The notes beneath the pieces were generated by a model. That model was not told where the DNA came from and ran no database searches. It was given only the letters and a program-made list of their open reading frames with translations. Below are positions 8,880 through 18,788 of a DNA stretch of 50,301 nucleotides, one piece after another. The position numbers and the translations under genes were made by a program. Positions within the stretch are counted from its first letter, which is position 1, and the number at the start of each line of letters is the position of its first letter. This DNA is from an uncultured Candidatus Binatia bacterium (GTDB taxonomy: Bacteria > Desulfobacterota > Binatia > UBA9968 > JAJDTQ01): NCBI GenBank assembly GCA_965215605.1, contig CBDCDX010000001.1:1-50301 (forward strand). The letters run 5' to 3'.

Positions 8880-8947
8880 CCGTTCGCGACGACGAGAGCC
8901 ATGGTATTTCGATAAGAACGTTACAACGTCACAAGGAGGTACGCATC

Positions 8948-9406
8948 ATGTTGAATTATGAAGTGACGAGGTGGAATCCTTTTCTGTTGAATGGACAGAG
9001 GGACTTCGCTGCCATGTTCGACCGGCACTTGGGACGCCGGGAGTGGAGCGGCGGCCGGATGCCTCCGATGGACGCATTCGCGCGCGACAACCACTACGTG
9101 ATCCGGGTCGACATGCCCGGAGTGGATCCGAAGGACCTGGACATTCAGGTGGAAGGCAGGATCCTCTCCATCAAGGGAGAACGCAAGGGCGAGGAGAAGG
9201 GGCATTACCTGCGGGAGACGTTCCGCGGCAGGTTCCAGCGTGCCGTGAGGCTGCCCGAGGGGCTCGCCACCGACAGGCTGGAGGCGCGCTACCGGAACGG
9301 CGTGATCGAGATTTCGGTGCCGCTGCCCACCCAGGCGGCGGGTCGCAAGGTGCCGGTCCGGATCGAGGCGGGCGAGCCCACGGGCGCCGAGTCCAAGGCC
9401 GGGTAA
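8948..9406 (+). CDS. Small heat shock protein (Hsp20/alpha-crystallin)
   Basis: VDMPGVDPKDLDIQV, LSIKGERK, GRFQRAVRLP, ARYRNGVIEISVP; strong RBS. Confidence 0.96.
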   Translation: MLNYEVTRWNPFLLNGQRDFAAMFDRHLGRREWSGGRMPPMDAFARDNHYVIRVDMPGVDPKDLDIQVEGRILSIKGERKGEEKGHYLRETFRGRFQRAVRLPEGLATDRLEARYRNGVIEISVPLPTQAAGRKVPVRIEAGEPTGAESKAG

Positions 9407-9439
9407 CCGAATCGCTGGCGGGTTCCAGCCCATGGACCC

Positions 9440-9472
9440 AAAGGGGCCTCTCGAATCGGGAGGCCCCTTTTT
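9440..9472. terminator. Bidirectional intrinsic terminator
   Basis: AAAGGGGCCTCTCGA...TCGGGAGGCCCCTTTTT hairpin between convergent genes. Confidence 0.85.
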
Positions 9473-9506
9473 CGTCCTTCTATTCGTCCTTCTATTTCGT
9501 CCTTTC

Positions 9507-10970
9507 TCACACCTCGACGATGGGCTGCCCGATGATCCACAGGCTGAAGATGGTGTAGGCGACCATGAGGGCCAGCATGGGGATTTGCGCCGCCACGGCC
9601 GGTCCTCCGCCGGATGCGCGGTACGCCGCGCGGTGGGCCAGCCACACGGCGATGACGTGGCCGGCGACGATGACGAACAGCGAGAACAGCCAGAGGAAGC
9701 GCGCGTCCACCACGGTGGGGTCCGGTGTCACGCCCGCGGTGCCGAAGAGATCCCATCCCACTCCGAACGGGTCGGAGATGTGCCCGTAGAGAAGCTGGCC
9801 CTCGACGATCAACAGCAGCAGGTAGTGCGCCAGGTGGTAGGCGATGGCGATGGGCACGAGAGTGAGGACATACTCGGAGGCCAAGTCCATGGCGTTCCGG
9901 CTCCTTCCCCGCCGCAAGCTTTCGAGACGCGCCATGAGCCCGCAGGTCCCGAGAAACAGCGCCACGAAGCAGGCCGGCGCCAGCAGGAGCCCGATGGTGA
10001 ACACCAAGGTGCGCGCGCCGGTGTTTCCCAGGAACTGGGTCCAACCGATGTCGTACAAGGCATGCGACGACGCGGCGTAGAGGGCCGCCCACACGGGCGT
10101 GTGCAGAAAGCCGTCGAAGCTCACGGTGGCGAGCAGCGTCACCACCAGCACCACCATGGAAACCGGCGCCTTCCCGCTTTCCGCCAGTCCGGACCCGTAG
10201 TGCCGTAGGACCAGCGCTCCTTCGGGCGTCCGGGCGAGGGGAGCGAAACGGCCAAACAGTCCGAAGATAATGGAGAACGTCTCGCCGCACTTCAGCCACG
10301 GTCCGACACCGTAGCGCGCCATGGCGGCCCAGGTGAGCGCACTATAGGCCAGGATGAGGACGGCGAGGCGCGCGGGCGCGGTGTTGTTGGGCCAGACCAG
10401 TTCCGCCCAGGCAAAGCACAGGTAGAGGCACACCGCCGGCCACACCCCCAACCACGAAGGCAGGGGCTCCACGGCGTGTCCGCGAAGCCCCTCGGGCAGC
10501 AGCGCCGGCACCGCGGCCCAGGGGTTCAGGGCGGGCCAGACATTGCCGGCCAAGGCGCACACGAAACCCAGACCGACCCACCAGGCCACCCACACGAACG
10601 CGGGCAGCACGTTGGCCAACTGATCCTCCTGTGTGCCCAGCAGTCCGGCGGCGATCAGGAATGCAAAGACGGCGACGGAGAGGACGGCCAGCGTCCTCCC
10701 GAGTCGATCGTTGGTGATGAGGCGCCCGAACCACGTCCGGGAGATGTCCTGGCTTCAGGGCGGTGTGGGGGCGGCTTCCTTGCGAAAGGCGATCAGCACG
10801 ACAAAGGTCAAGGCCACCACCAGCCCCGCCCCGGCGAGGTAGTACCAGAGCGGCACGGGCAGGTCGTAGCGCTGGACGACGGCATGCGCCCATCCCGGTT
10901 TGGGGAGCAGGCACAGGAGGCCCAGTCCCGGGATGACGCCCCCGGTTTTCAACCGCCGCCCCTCAGCCAC
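9507..10970 (-). pseudogene. Polytopic membrane protein ('fenitrothion hydrolase'-annotated family) interrupted by an in-frame TGA at 10755-10757
   Basis: ORFs 10755..10970 (AHAVVQRYDLPVPLWYYLAGA) and 9507..10619 (WVAWWVG, TVSFDGF, PIAIAYHLAHY, SDPFGVGWDLFG) are in the same frame, joined by 45 open codons. Confidence 0.75.
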
Positions 10971-11985
10971 ACCGCATGGGGGTCCGCACCACTTGGTGGT
11001 GGATGGTGCCGCTGCTGCCGCCCCGCCGGATGCCGCCGCCGGGCAGGTGAATCCAGCCGTTCAGGTAGACCAGGCCGGTGACGCCGTGGACCGGTATGGG
11101 CATGTCCGCAAGCCGCGTCCAGGTGTCGGTCTTGGGGTCATAGACCTCGTGGTGCGGGAACACGCCGCTCGGACCCGCCGACGGATGCTCGCCACCGAAG
11201 GTGTGGAAGCAGCCCTCTACGGCGATGCCGTTGAGTCCGCCGCGAGCTTCGGACATGGGCCGCCGGGTGGCCCACTGGTTGGTCTTGGGGTCGTAGACCT
11301 CCAGGGCCGGGGTGATCTCGCTGCGGAAGCCTCCGCCGAAGCGTCCCCCGGCTACGTATAGTTTTCCGTCGATATTCGCGGCGGCGATGTGGTTGCGTTG
11401 GGTGGGCAGGTCGGGCAGCGTCGTCCACTTGTCCGCCCTGGGATCGTAGACCGCGAAGTCGTGGCCCCGCGGCGGGCGTCCTCCGGCCACGTAGAACTTC
11501 CCGTCGATGACGTCGTGGGCCATGGCGCTGCGTTTGGTGGGCATGGGCGCCCGTGGCGTCCACTTCCTGGTCTTGGGGTCGTAGGCGTGCACCGCGTCGG
11601 TGTAGCGGGACCGCTCCCTGCGTCCGCCGGCGTTGGTCTGCCCGCCGATGACGTAGAGGAGGCCGTCGAAGCCGATGGCCGACGCGTGGTTGATGGTGGT
11701 GGGATAGGCCGTGGTGAGGTCCCACTTGTCGGTGGCGACGTCGTACACCTGCACGGTGTCGACGCTGATCCGGGTGGATGGGTAGCCGCCCACCACGTAG
11801 ATCTTGCCGTCGAGGTAGGCCACCGCCATTTCCGAGTTGGGCTCGATCATCTCGCCGCGTTTGCCCCACTCGCTGGCGGGTTTCGCGTCGGCCGCCAGGG
11901 CGGGGGCGCCAGCCAACGCGAACGCGCCGATGAGCACCGCCAAGGTCATGTGTTTCATGCGCAGAGATCGCTTTTTCATGGTCAT
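10963..11985 (-). CDS. Secreted Kelch-repeat protein
   Basis: RBS AGGAGG before ATG 11985; signal peptide; about six Kelch repeats (GKIYVVGG...YDVATDKW etc.). Confidence 0.9.
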   Translation of the reverse strand: MTMKKRSLRMKHMTLAVLIGAFALAGAPALAADAKPASEWGKRGEMIEPNSEMAVAYLDGKIYVVGGYPSTRISVDTVQVYDVATDKWDLTTAYPTTINHASAIGFDGLLYVIGGQTNAGGRRERSRYTDAVHAYDPKTRKWTPRAPMPTKRSAMAHDVIDGKFYVAGGRPPRGHDFAVYDPRADKWTTLPDLPTQRNHIAAANIDGKLYVAGGRFGGGFRSEITPALEVYDPKTNQWATRRPMSEARGGLNGIAVEGCFHTFGGEHPSAGPSGVFPHHEVYDPKTDTWTRLADMPIPVHGVTGLVYLNGWIHLPGGGIRRGGSSGTIHHQVVRTPMRCG

Positions 11986-12076
11986 CGTCGAGCCTCCTGA
12001 GTTCCCACTACTCTCATTGACAAACAAAATCAAAACCAATAAGGCCAAACCAAGAGCCGAACCTGGAGGTGGAACC

Positions 12077-13123
12077 ATGGCTAGCGCGACTTGTGTCGAT
12101 ACGGACGGACACGTTCTCGAACGGGCGGCGGACATCCGCAAGTACCTGGAAGCGCCCTGGAACGAACGCGGGACGCCGCTGTGGCCGGGAGACCAGCCCT
12201 GGGATCCCAACCTGTTCCAGGGGTTCAAGATGTCCGTGAACTGGGAAGGACTGGCGCCCGAGGAACAGGTGCGGCGCTGGCACACGCTCATGGACAAGCA
12301 GGACATGGAGGTGGCCATCTGCTTCCCCACGGGTTCGGGCAACATCGCCAAGAACCAGGAGGTGCCGTACCAGGTGGCCGTGACCAAGGCCGCCAACACC
12401 CACTTCGCCAAGGAATACAACGCACTGTCGAACCGCCTGAGCTGCGTGGGCGTGCTGCCCATGAAGGCGCCTGAGGAAGCGGCCAGGGAGCTGCGCCGGG
12501 CGGTCAACGAGCTCGGCCTCAAGGGGTTCGAGATCCTGCCCACCGGGCTCCCCATCGCCCTGGGCGAGACGTATTATGACCCCATCTACCGCGCCGCCGA
12601 GGAAGAGGGCGTGGTGCTCGGCATCCACGGCACCCGCAACACGTCGCGCGAGCTGGGCGCCTCCATCCTCACCACCTTTGCCGAGGTCCACTCCTACGCC
12701 TTCACCGCCGGCATCCTGCTGCAATTCACCAGCATGGTGTGCCAAGGCATCACCCAACGGTTCCCCAAGCTCAAGCTCGCGTTCCTGGAGATCGGCGCCA
12801 CCTGGCTGCCATACTACCTCGACCGCCTCGACGAGCACTGGGAGAAGCGCGGCGCCCACGAGATGCCGCTGCTGAAGCAGAAGCCCAGCGACGTGGTGCG
12901 CGAGTCCAACATGTACTTCAGCCTGGAGTCCGGCGAGTCCCAACTGGCCGCCACCGTCGACTACGTCGGCAGCGACCACTTCGTCTATGCCTCCGACATC
13001 CCGCACTGGGACAACGAGTTCCCCGGCAACCTCCACCAACTCCGGAACCACCCGGACCTGTCGGACGAAGTCAAGGAGAAAATCCTCAGGAAGAACGCCC
13101 AGCGGCTGTTCGATCTCCACTAG
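12077..13123 (+). CDS. Amidohydrolase_2 family protein (decarboxylase/hydratase-like)
   Basis: DTDGHV, YYDPIYRAA, GIHG, RFPKLKLAFLE and ASDIPHWD motifs; RBS GGAGG. Confidence 0.9.
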   Translation: MASATCVDTDGHVLERAADIRKYLEAPWNERGTPLWPGDQPWDPNLFQGFKMSVNWEGLAPEEQVRRWHTLMDKQDMEVAICFPTGSGNIAKNQEVPYQVAVTKAANTHFAKEYNALSNRLSCVGVLPMKAPEEAARELRRAVNELGLKGFEILPTGLPIALGETYYDPIYRAAEEEGVVLGIHGTRNTSRELGASILTTFAEVHSYAFTAGILLQFTSMVCQGITQRFPKLKLAFLEIGATWLPYYLDRLDEHWEKRGAHEMPLLKQKPSDVVRESNMYFSLESGESQLAATVDYVGSDHFVYASDIPHWDNEFPGNLHQLRNHPDLSDEVKEKILRKNAQRLFDLH

Positions 13124-13284
13124 TGTGGTGTCTGGTTAATACGCGTCATAATCTGCGGGTCTTTTTCGCCGTCGGCTGCGTTGCTCTTCCTCGCGTGGTA
13201 CCCGCCACTGCTCGTCATCGCGCCTTGCCGACGACAAAAAATCCTCCGCAGATTATGACGCGTATTAACCAGACACCACACTAG
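13120..13284. mobile_element. Complete 165-bp MITE, family A, with perfect ~39-bp terminal inverted repeats including CTAG at both ends
   Basis: CTAGTGTGGTGTCTGGTTAATACGCGTCATAATCTGCGG ... CCGCAGATTATGACGCGTATTAACCAGACACCACACTAG; left CTAG contains the amidohydrolase TAG stop. Confidence 0.92.
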
Positions 13285-13475
13285 CGCGGGGCCGCGGGGC
13301 GGGTACGCGTGCCTTGCCCGATACACGGCCAAGGCTGGCCCGGGAACACCGTGGGGGAGGCGGGCTTGGTGGGGCGATTCAACTCCGTTCCATTCGCCTG
13401 ACGTGGTCACTCCTTGATCGTCGTGGTAGGACGGCATGGGAGAGTGTCGTCGGGTCAAGGGTCAAGGAGCGCGTC

Positions 13476-15230
13476 ATGGATGCCGTGCAGATGGAGGTGG
13501 TCTACCGGGCCACCGCGCAGATTGCCAAGGAGCTGGCGCTGAACATGCTCCGCACGGGCTATTCGAGCGTCATCAAGGAGAGTCAGGACTTCACCTTTGC
13601 CATCTTCGACGGCGCCGGGCGCATGGTGACCCAGGGGTTGCCGCAGCCGCTGCACATCGGCGGCATTTCGGCGCAGGTGGGGGAGGTGATCCGGGTGTTC
13701 GGGGACGACATGGCGGAGGGGGATGTCTTCATTCTCAACCATCCGTACTTCGCCTGCCAGAACCACGCCACCGACGTCACCGTGGTGTCGCCGGTTTTCG
13801 ACCGGGGGCGGCGGGTGGCGTTCATCGGCAATACCGCGCACAAGCCGGACCTGGGCGGGAAGGTGCCGGGCACCAACTCGCCGGACGCCACCGATGTGAT
13901 CCAGGAGGGGTTGCTGCTGCCGGCGCTACGGCTTTACCGGGAGGGGGAAGTCAACGAGGATCTCAAGACCATCGTCATGGCCAACACGCGCACGCCGGAG
14001 ATCACTTGGGGGGACATCCAGGCCCAGGCGCAGACCAATTTCTACGGATTGCGCAAGCTGGCGGAGCTGCTCGACCCGTACGGCGCGGACGAGGTGACGG
14101 CGTGCTGGAGCCAGTGGATGGACATCTGCGAGGCCGAAGTGCGCAAGGCCATCGTGAAGATTCCCGACGGGGACTACGGCCCGTGCGTGGACTACCTGGA
14201 CGACGACGGCCTGGACCTGGAGCGATCCTATCGCATCGCCGCCTCGCTCCGGGTGGCTGGCGACGAGATGCACTTCACCCTGGAATCGGCGGCGCAGGCG
14301 CGCGGCCCGGTCAATCTGCGCCCCTGTGTCATCCGGAGCTTCATCGACTGCCTGGCCGTGGCGGTGCTGTGTCCGGACCTGCCGGTGAACCAGGGCATCT
14401 CCCGGCCCATCCATGTCGCCTTTCCGCCCGAGGGCTCGATCCTGAACCCGCGCTATCCCGCGCCGGTGAACATGTACGTGCGGCCGGCCCAGATGGTGAC
14501 GTCGGTGGTGCAGATGACATTGGCCGAGGCCATGCCCGAGGTGGTGCCGGCGCCCGACAGCGGCGCCGGCGGCTCGGTGTCCATTTCCGGGCAGGACGTC
14601 GAACGCGACCGCTGGTTCTCGCTTTACGATCTCAACTGCGGCGGGGGCGGGGCTCGCGCCGGGACCGACGGCCCGGCGGTGTTGAACTCGCTGGTCATCA
14701 ACGTCATGAACACTCCGGTGGAGCCCCTGGAAACGGAGTTTCCCATTCGGATCGAAGGCTACGGGCTGTACGAGGAATCGGGCGGCGCCGGGCGGTACCG
14801 GGGCGGCTTGGGCATGGTGCGGGACTGGCGGATGCTGGGTGACGAGGCCTTCGTGAACCTGCGCAGCGACCGCTTCAAGCATGCCGCCCCGGGGCTTCAC
14901 GGCGCGGGATCGGCGCTGCCGTCGTCGGCCTTCCTGAACCCGGGCACGGAGCGGGAGCAGGAGCTTCCGTCGAAGGTCAGCCGGCTGCGGCTGGAGAAGG
15001 GCGACGTTTTCCGCATCCGCTATGCCGGCGGCGGCGGGCGCGGCGACCCCTTCGAGCGGGAGCCTTCCAGGGTCCTCGATGATGTGCGGGACGGCTACAT
15101 CAGCGCCGCGAGCGCGCGGGACGACTACGGCGTTGCGGTGAGCGGCCGGCCGCCGGAGATCGACGAGGCGGAAACCCGCCGTCTCAGACGCACGCCGCGC
15201 GCCCCGGCGGCCGAGCGGGAGCAGCGGTAA
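13476..15230 (+). CDS. Hydantoinase B/oxoprolinase family protein
   Basis: RTGYSSVIKESQDF, NHPY...HATD, HKPDLGG, QEGL, NTPVE..E, SGGAGRYRGGLG, GGGGRGDP. Confidence 0.93.
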   Translation: MDAVQMEVVYRATAQIAKELALNMLRTGYSSVIKESQDFTFAIFDGAGRMVTQGLPQPLHIGGISAQVGEVIRVFGDDMAEGDVFILNHPYFACQNHATDVTVVSPVFDRGRRVAFIGNTAHKPDLGGKVPGTNSPDATDVIQEGLLLPALRLYREGEVNEDLKTIVMANTRTPEITWGDIQAQAQTNFYGLRKLAELLDPYGADEVTACWSQWMDICEAEVRKAIVKIPDGDYGPCVDYLDDDGLDLERSYRIAASLRVAGDEMHFTLESAAQARGPVNLRPCVIRSFIDCLAVAVLCPDLPVNQGISRPIHVAFPPEGSILNPRYPAPVNMYVRPAQMVTSVVQMTLAEAMPEVVPAPDSGAGGSVSISGQDVERDRWFSLYDLNCGGGGARAGTDGPAVLNSLVINVMNTPVEPLETEFPIRIEGYGLYEESGGAGRYRGGLGMVRDWRMLGDEAFVNLRSDRFKHAAPGLHGAGSALPSSAFLNPGTEREQELPSKVSRLRLEKGDVFRIRYAGGGGRGDPFEREPSRVLDDVRDGYISAASARDDYGVAVSGRPPEIDEAETRRLRRTPRAPAAEREQR

Positions 15231-15281
15231 TGCGCGGGCGCGTCGCGGCGACCCGCGGTCCTTGCCGCCCATAGACCCCGC

Positions 15282-16475
15282 GTGGAACCGCACACCGAAA
15301 CGACTCGGGGCTGGCTCCCGGATTTCCTCCTCACCTGCGGCGCCCGCTTCGGGCTCTTCTTCGCCATGTTCCTGATCGAGCCGGTGTTCCCCGTGTACCT
15401 ACGGAACATGGGCACCAGCTCGTTCATGATCGGGGTGGTCATGGCCGCGTTCCCCCTCGGCGCCACCTGGGTGCGGCCGCTGGTGGGCGCCTACATCGAC
15501 CGCTTGGGCAGCAAGGTCTTTCTCGTGGGCGGGCTGACCATCTTCATCACCGCCGCCACGGGCTACATCTGGACCGGCTCGGTGCTGGTGGCGCTGCTGC
15601 TGCGCACGTACCACGGCTTTGGGTGGTCGGGCTGCACCACGTCCATCGGCACGCTGGTGGCGGACATCGCTCCGGATCGCCTGCGCGGCACCCTCATCAG
15701 CTACTCCGGGGCGGTGAGCACCGTGGCCTATTCCATCGCCCCGGCCGTGGCTTTCTGGATGGTCGGCCGTTTGGGATTCCCGGCGGTGTTCGCCAGCGGG
15801 GCCGCGGCTGCGGGCTTCGGCCTGATTGCGGCTGTCCTGCTTCCCTCCCCGGCCCGCTCCCCGGCCCCGCCCCGGCGCCGGCGCTGGTTCGAGACCTTCA
15901 TTTTGCCCCAGACGCTCCTGCCCGCGGTGAGCATGGGCCTTTTGGGGATTTCCCGCGGCAGCATCATCGCCTTCCTGTCGCTCTACGCCCTGGAGATGAA
16001 GGGAGACCCGGGCATCTGGTTCAGCGTTTTCGCGCTGGCGGTGGTGGTGGGCCGGCCCATCTTCGGTCCGCTCTCGGACCGCAAGGGCCGGCCGTTCGTG
16101 GTCATACCCACCTACTTTCTGGCTTTGGTGGGCATGGTGGTGCTGGTGCTGGCGCGCACCCCCATGATGCTGCTGGTTTCCGCGGCCATTCTGGGGTTCG
16201 GCTACGGCTCCGTCCACGCCGGGCTCATGACCATGGCCGTGGACCTGGCGCCGCGCGACCGCTGGGGCCTCAGCATGGCCCAGTACCACCTGTTCTACGA
16301 CCTTGCCATCGGCGGCGGCGGCGTGTTGGCCGGCGTCATGCTCAACTTTACCGGCAACAACTATCCGGCTATGTTTCTGGCCACCACGGTGGTGGGTTTC
16401 GGTGGGTTCGTGTTGTTCCTGATGAAGTATCGAACCGTGGGCCACAACGCCATCGAGCCGGAGAACCGGCGCTGA
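15282..16475 (+). CDS. MFS transporter
   Basis: About 12 TM segments; GAYIDRLGSK and GPLSDRKGR motif A. Confidence 0.9.
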   Translation: MEPHTETTRGWLPDFLLTCGARFGLFFAMFLIEPVFPVYLRNMGTSSFMIGVVMAAFPLGATWVRPLVGAYIDRLGSKVFLVGGLTIFITAATGYIWTGSVLVALLLRTYHGFGWSGCTTSIGTLVADIAPDRLRGTLISYSGAVSTVAYSIAPAVAFWMVGRLGFPAVFASGAAAAGFGLIAAVLLPSPARSPAPPRRRRWFETFILPQTLLPAVSMGLLGISRGSIIAFLSLYALEMKGDPGIWFSVFALAVVVGRPIFGPLSDRKGRPFVVIPTYFLALVGMVVLVLARTPMMLLVSAAILGFGYGSVHAGLMTMAVDLAPRDRWGLSMAQYHLFYDLAIGGGGVLAGVMLNFTGNNYPAMFLATTVVGFGGFVLFLMKYRTVGHNAIEPENRR

Positions 16476-16602
16476 AGGGTATCGGAGCCGATGCGAACGT
16501 CGGCCGGCCGGCTTTTCGGTGGGGGCGGCGCCGGCCGTGGCGCCGAACACATGGCCGGGTTGGATGCGTCAGCAAGCCCGCGCAACGGCACCAGGAGGTC
16601 CC

Positions 16603-17355
16603 ATGAGGATTATGGCTACCGCGATTCTGGTTCTGTGGTTTTTACTAGCCCCGGCCCTCGGCAGCGATGTGGCGCCGCAGACGTTCCGCATCGGCATCGA
16701 TGCCAGCTATCCACCTTTCAGCGAGCTGGACGAGGCGGGCCGGCCCAAGGGTTTCGACGTGGATATTGCGCGCGCCCTGTGCGCCGGGATGAAGGTCTCT
16801 TGCACGTTGGTCCAGCAGGATTGGGAAGGCCTCATCCCGGCGCTGCTGGCGAAGAAGTTCGACGCCATCGTCGCCAGCATGTCGATCACCGAGAAGCGCC
16901 GGCAGTGGGTCGCGTTCACCGACAAGTACTACAGCGGCCTGGTTCGATTCGTGGCCCGCAAGGACTCGGGATTCGATCCGGCGGCGCCGGCCGGACGCAC
17001 CATCGGTGCGGCGCGCGCGACGATTGCCTCGGACTGGCTGGAAGCGAATGTTTCGGGAGTGGCCGCGATCAAGCTGTTCACGGCACCGGACGGAATGTTT
17101 CAGGGACTGGTCAGCGGCGAGGTGGATGCGTTGTTGGGCGACGCGCTCGGGTTCTGGCAATGGCTCCAGACCCCGGAGGGCTCGGGGTTCACGTTCGTGG
17201 GCGACGGGCTTCAACTGGACGAGGGCATCGGCATCGCCGTGCGCAAGGAGGACGACGCGCTGCGCCGCGATCTGAACCGGGCGCTCAAGGCCATTCTCGC
17301 CGACGGCACCTACAAGAAGATCAATGCCCGGTACTTCCCGTTCAGCATCTACTAG
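16603..17355 (+). CDS. Polar amino acid ABC substrate-binding protein (SBP family 3)
   Basis: RBS AGGAGG; signal peptide; YPPF, GFDVDIARALC, WEGLIPALLAKKFDAI, SMSITEKR, DGTYKKI. Confidence 0.93.
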   Translation: MRIMATAILVLWFLLAPALGSDVAPQTFRIGIDASYPPFSELDEAGRPKGFDVDIARALCAGMKVSCTLVQQDWEGLIPALLAKKFDAIVASMSITEKRRQWVAFTDKYYSGLVRFVARKDSGFDPAAPAGRTIGAARATIASDWLEANVSGVAAIKLFTAPDGMFQGLVSGEVDALLGDALGFWQWLQTPEGSGFTFVGDGLQLDEGIGIAVRKEDDALRRDLNRALKAILADGTYKKINARYFPFSIY

Positions 17356-17361
17356 GAACTA

Positions 17362-17539
17362 CCAGGAACTTGCGGGTTCATCGAATCGTGGCGAGAGGCA
17401 GAGGAATGGAGGCCGGTTGCGGGCGGATTCGAGGATAATATTTGAGGATCCCACGGGTAATATCGGACGAAAATCCAACCGGAAATGGACCCATTCGTCT
17501 GCCTCGAAGTGGATGCTTGATAACCCGATAAGCTCCTGG
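17362..17539. mobile_element. Degenerate MITE, family B
   Basis: Reverse-complement homolog of 20945-21117 (ATCGAATCGT-GCGAGAGGCAGA...GGACGAAAATCCAACCGGAA-TGGACCCATT); decayed GGAGCCTGTCGG-type ends; begins 7 nt after the TAG stop at 17353-17355. Confidence 0.8.
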
Positions 17540-17603
17540 ACCGGCCTGGGGAGACGCACCGGACCATGAGACGGCGTGACCGTGCCGGGGGAAGGAGACA
17601 GGG

Positions 17604-18623
17604 ATGAAGCTCGGAGCCCGATTGCTGGCCGCCGCGGCCTGGACCGCGAGCCTGCTGGCGGCTCCCGCCATGGCCGCCGGCCCCTTGGTGGGTCTGATCA
17701 CCAAGACCGACGCCAATCCGTTCTTCGTGAAGATCGAGGAAGCGGCGCGAGAGAAGGCCGGCGCGCTCGGCCTTGAGCTGCGCGCCTTTGCCGGCCGATA
17801 CGACGGCGATTCGGGGCCTCAGATCGAGGCGATCCAACGCCTCGTCGCCGCGGGCGCCAAGGGCATTCTCATCACGCCCTCGGATCCCGCGTCCCTGGCC
17901 GGGGCGGTGGCCATGGCCAGGGCTGCGGGTGTGCTGGTCGTTGCGCTGGATACCCCCTTCGACTCGGTCGACGCCGTGGACGCCACGTTCGCCACGGACA
18001 ACTTCAAGGCCGGCGAGTGGATCGGCCAGTGGGCCCGGGCGACCCTGGGCGCTGCCGCAAGCCGTGCGAGAATCGCAATGCTGGATCTGTCCGACGCCCA
18101 GGTCACGGTGAACGTGGCGCGCAATCAGGGTTTCCTCAAGGGCTTCGGTATCGACATCAGGGACCCCGGCAAGATGTATGACGAGGACGACGCACGCATC
18201 GTCGGCGCTGGCGCGTCCCTTGGCACCGAGGAGGGCGGGCGCGCCGCCATGGAGGCGCTGCTGCGGCGGGCCCCCTCCGTGGACGTCGTGTATACGATCA
18301 ATGAGCCGGCCGCGGCCGGCGTCCACGCGGCGCTCAAGGCCGCCGGGCGGGCGGGAGACGTTCTGATCGTTTCGGTGGACGGCGGCTGCGCAGGGGTCCG
18401 GAACGTGGCCGCCGGCGCCATCGGCGCCACCGCCATGCAGTATCCCGTGAGGATGGCCGTGCGCGGGTTGGATGCCGTGGCGGCCTTTGCCAGAACGGGC
18501 AAGCGACCGGAAAAACCGGCCGGCCGCGACTTCCATGACACGGGCGTGGCTCTGGTCACGGACCGCCCGGTTCCGGGAATTCCGTCCATTTCAGTGGAAC
18601 GAGGCTTGCGGGAGTGCTGGTGA
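17604..18623 (+). CDS. Sugar ABC substrate-binding protein (FrcB/fructose-like)
   Basis: GLITKTDANPFFV, ALDTP, FATDNFKAG, RNQGFL, YTINEPAA, SVDGGCAGV, MQYP, C-terminal ECW. Confidence 0.9.
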   Translation: MKLGARLLAAAAWTASLLAAPAMAAGPLVGLITKTDANPFFVKIEEAAREKAGALGLELRAFAGRYDGDSGPQIEAIQRLVAAGAKGILITPSDPASLAGAVAMARAAGVLVVALDTPFDSVDAVDATFATDNFKAGEWIGQWARATLGAAASRARIAMLDLSDAQVTVNVARNQGFLKGFGIDIRDPGKMYDEDDARIVGAGASLGTEEGGRAAMEALLRRAPSVDVVYTINEPAAAGVHAALKAAGRAGDVLIVSVDGGCAGVRNVAAGAIGATAMQYPVRMAVRGLDAVAAFARTGKRPEKPAGRDFHDTGVALVTDRPVPGIPSISVERGLRECW

Positions 18624-18788
18624 CGGTTGGTGTCCTGGGAACCCTGAGCCGGCCGCAAGTGAACCGGCGAAATCCTGCCGCGGCGGTGTCCGGACTCGCA
18701 GTCCGGGCCTGAGGGGTGCGCGGGTACGGGCGGCGAACTGATCCGGACGTGAACGCGCCTCCATGTGCTCCACTACACGGAAGTGACA

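Noticed and set aside
18615-18647. TGA after CW at the end of the FrcB-like gene as recoding
   Set aside because: It falls at the normal family C-terminus and another stop follows within 8 codons
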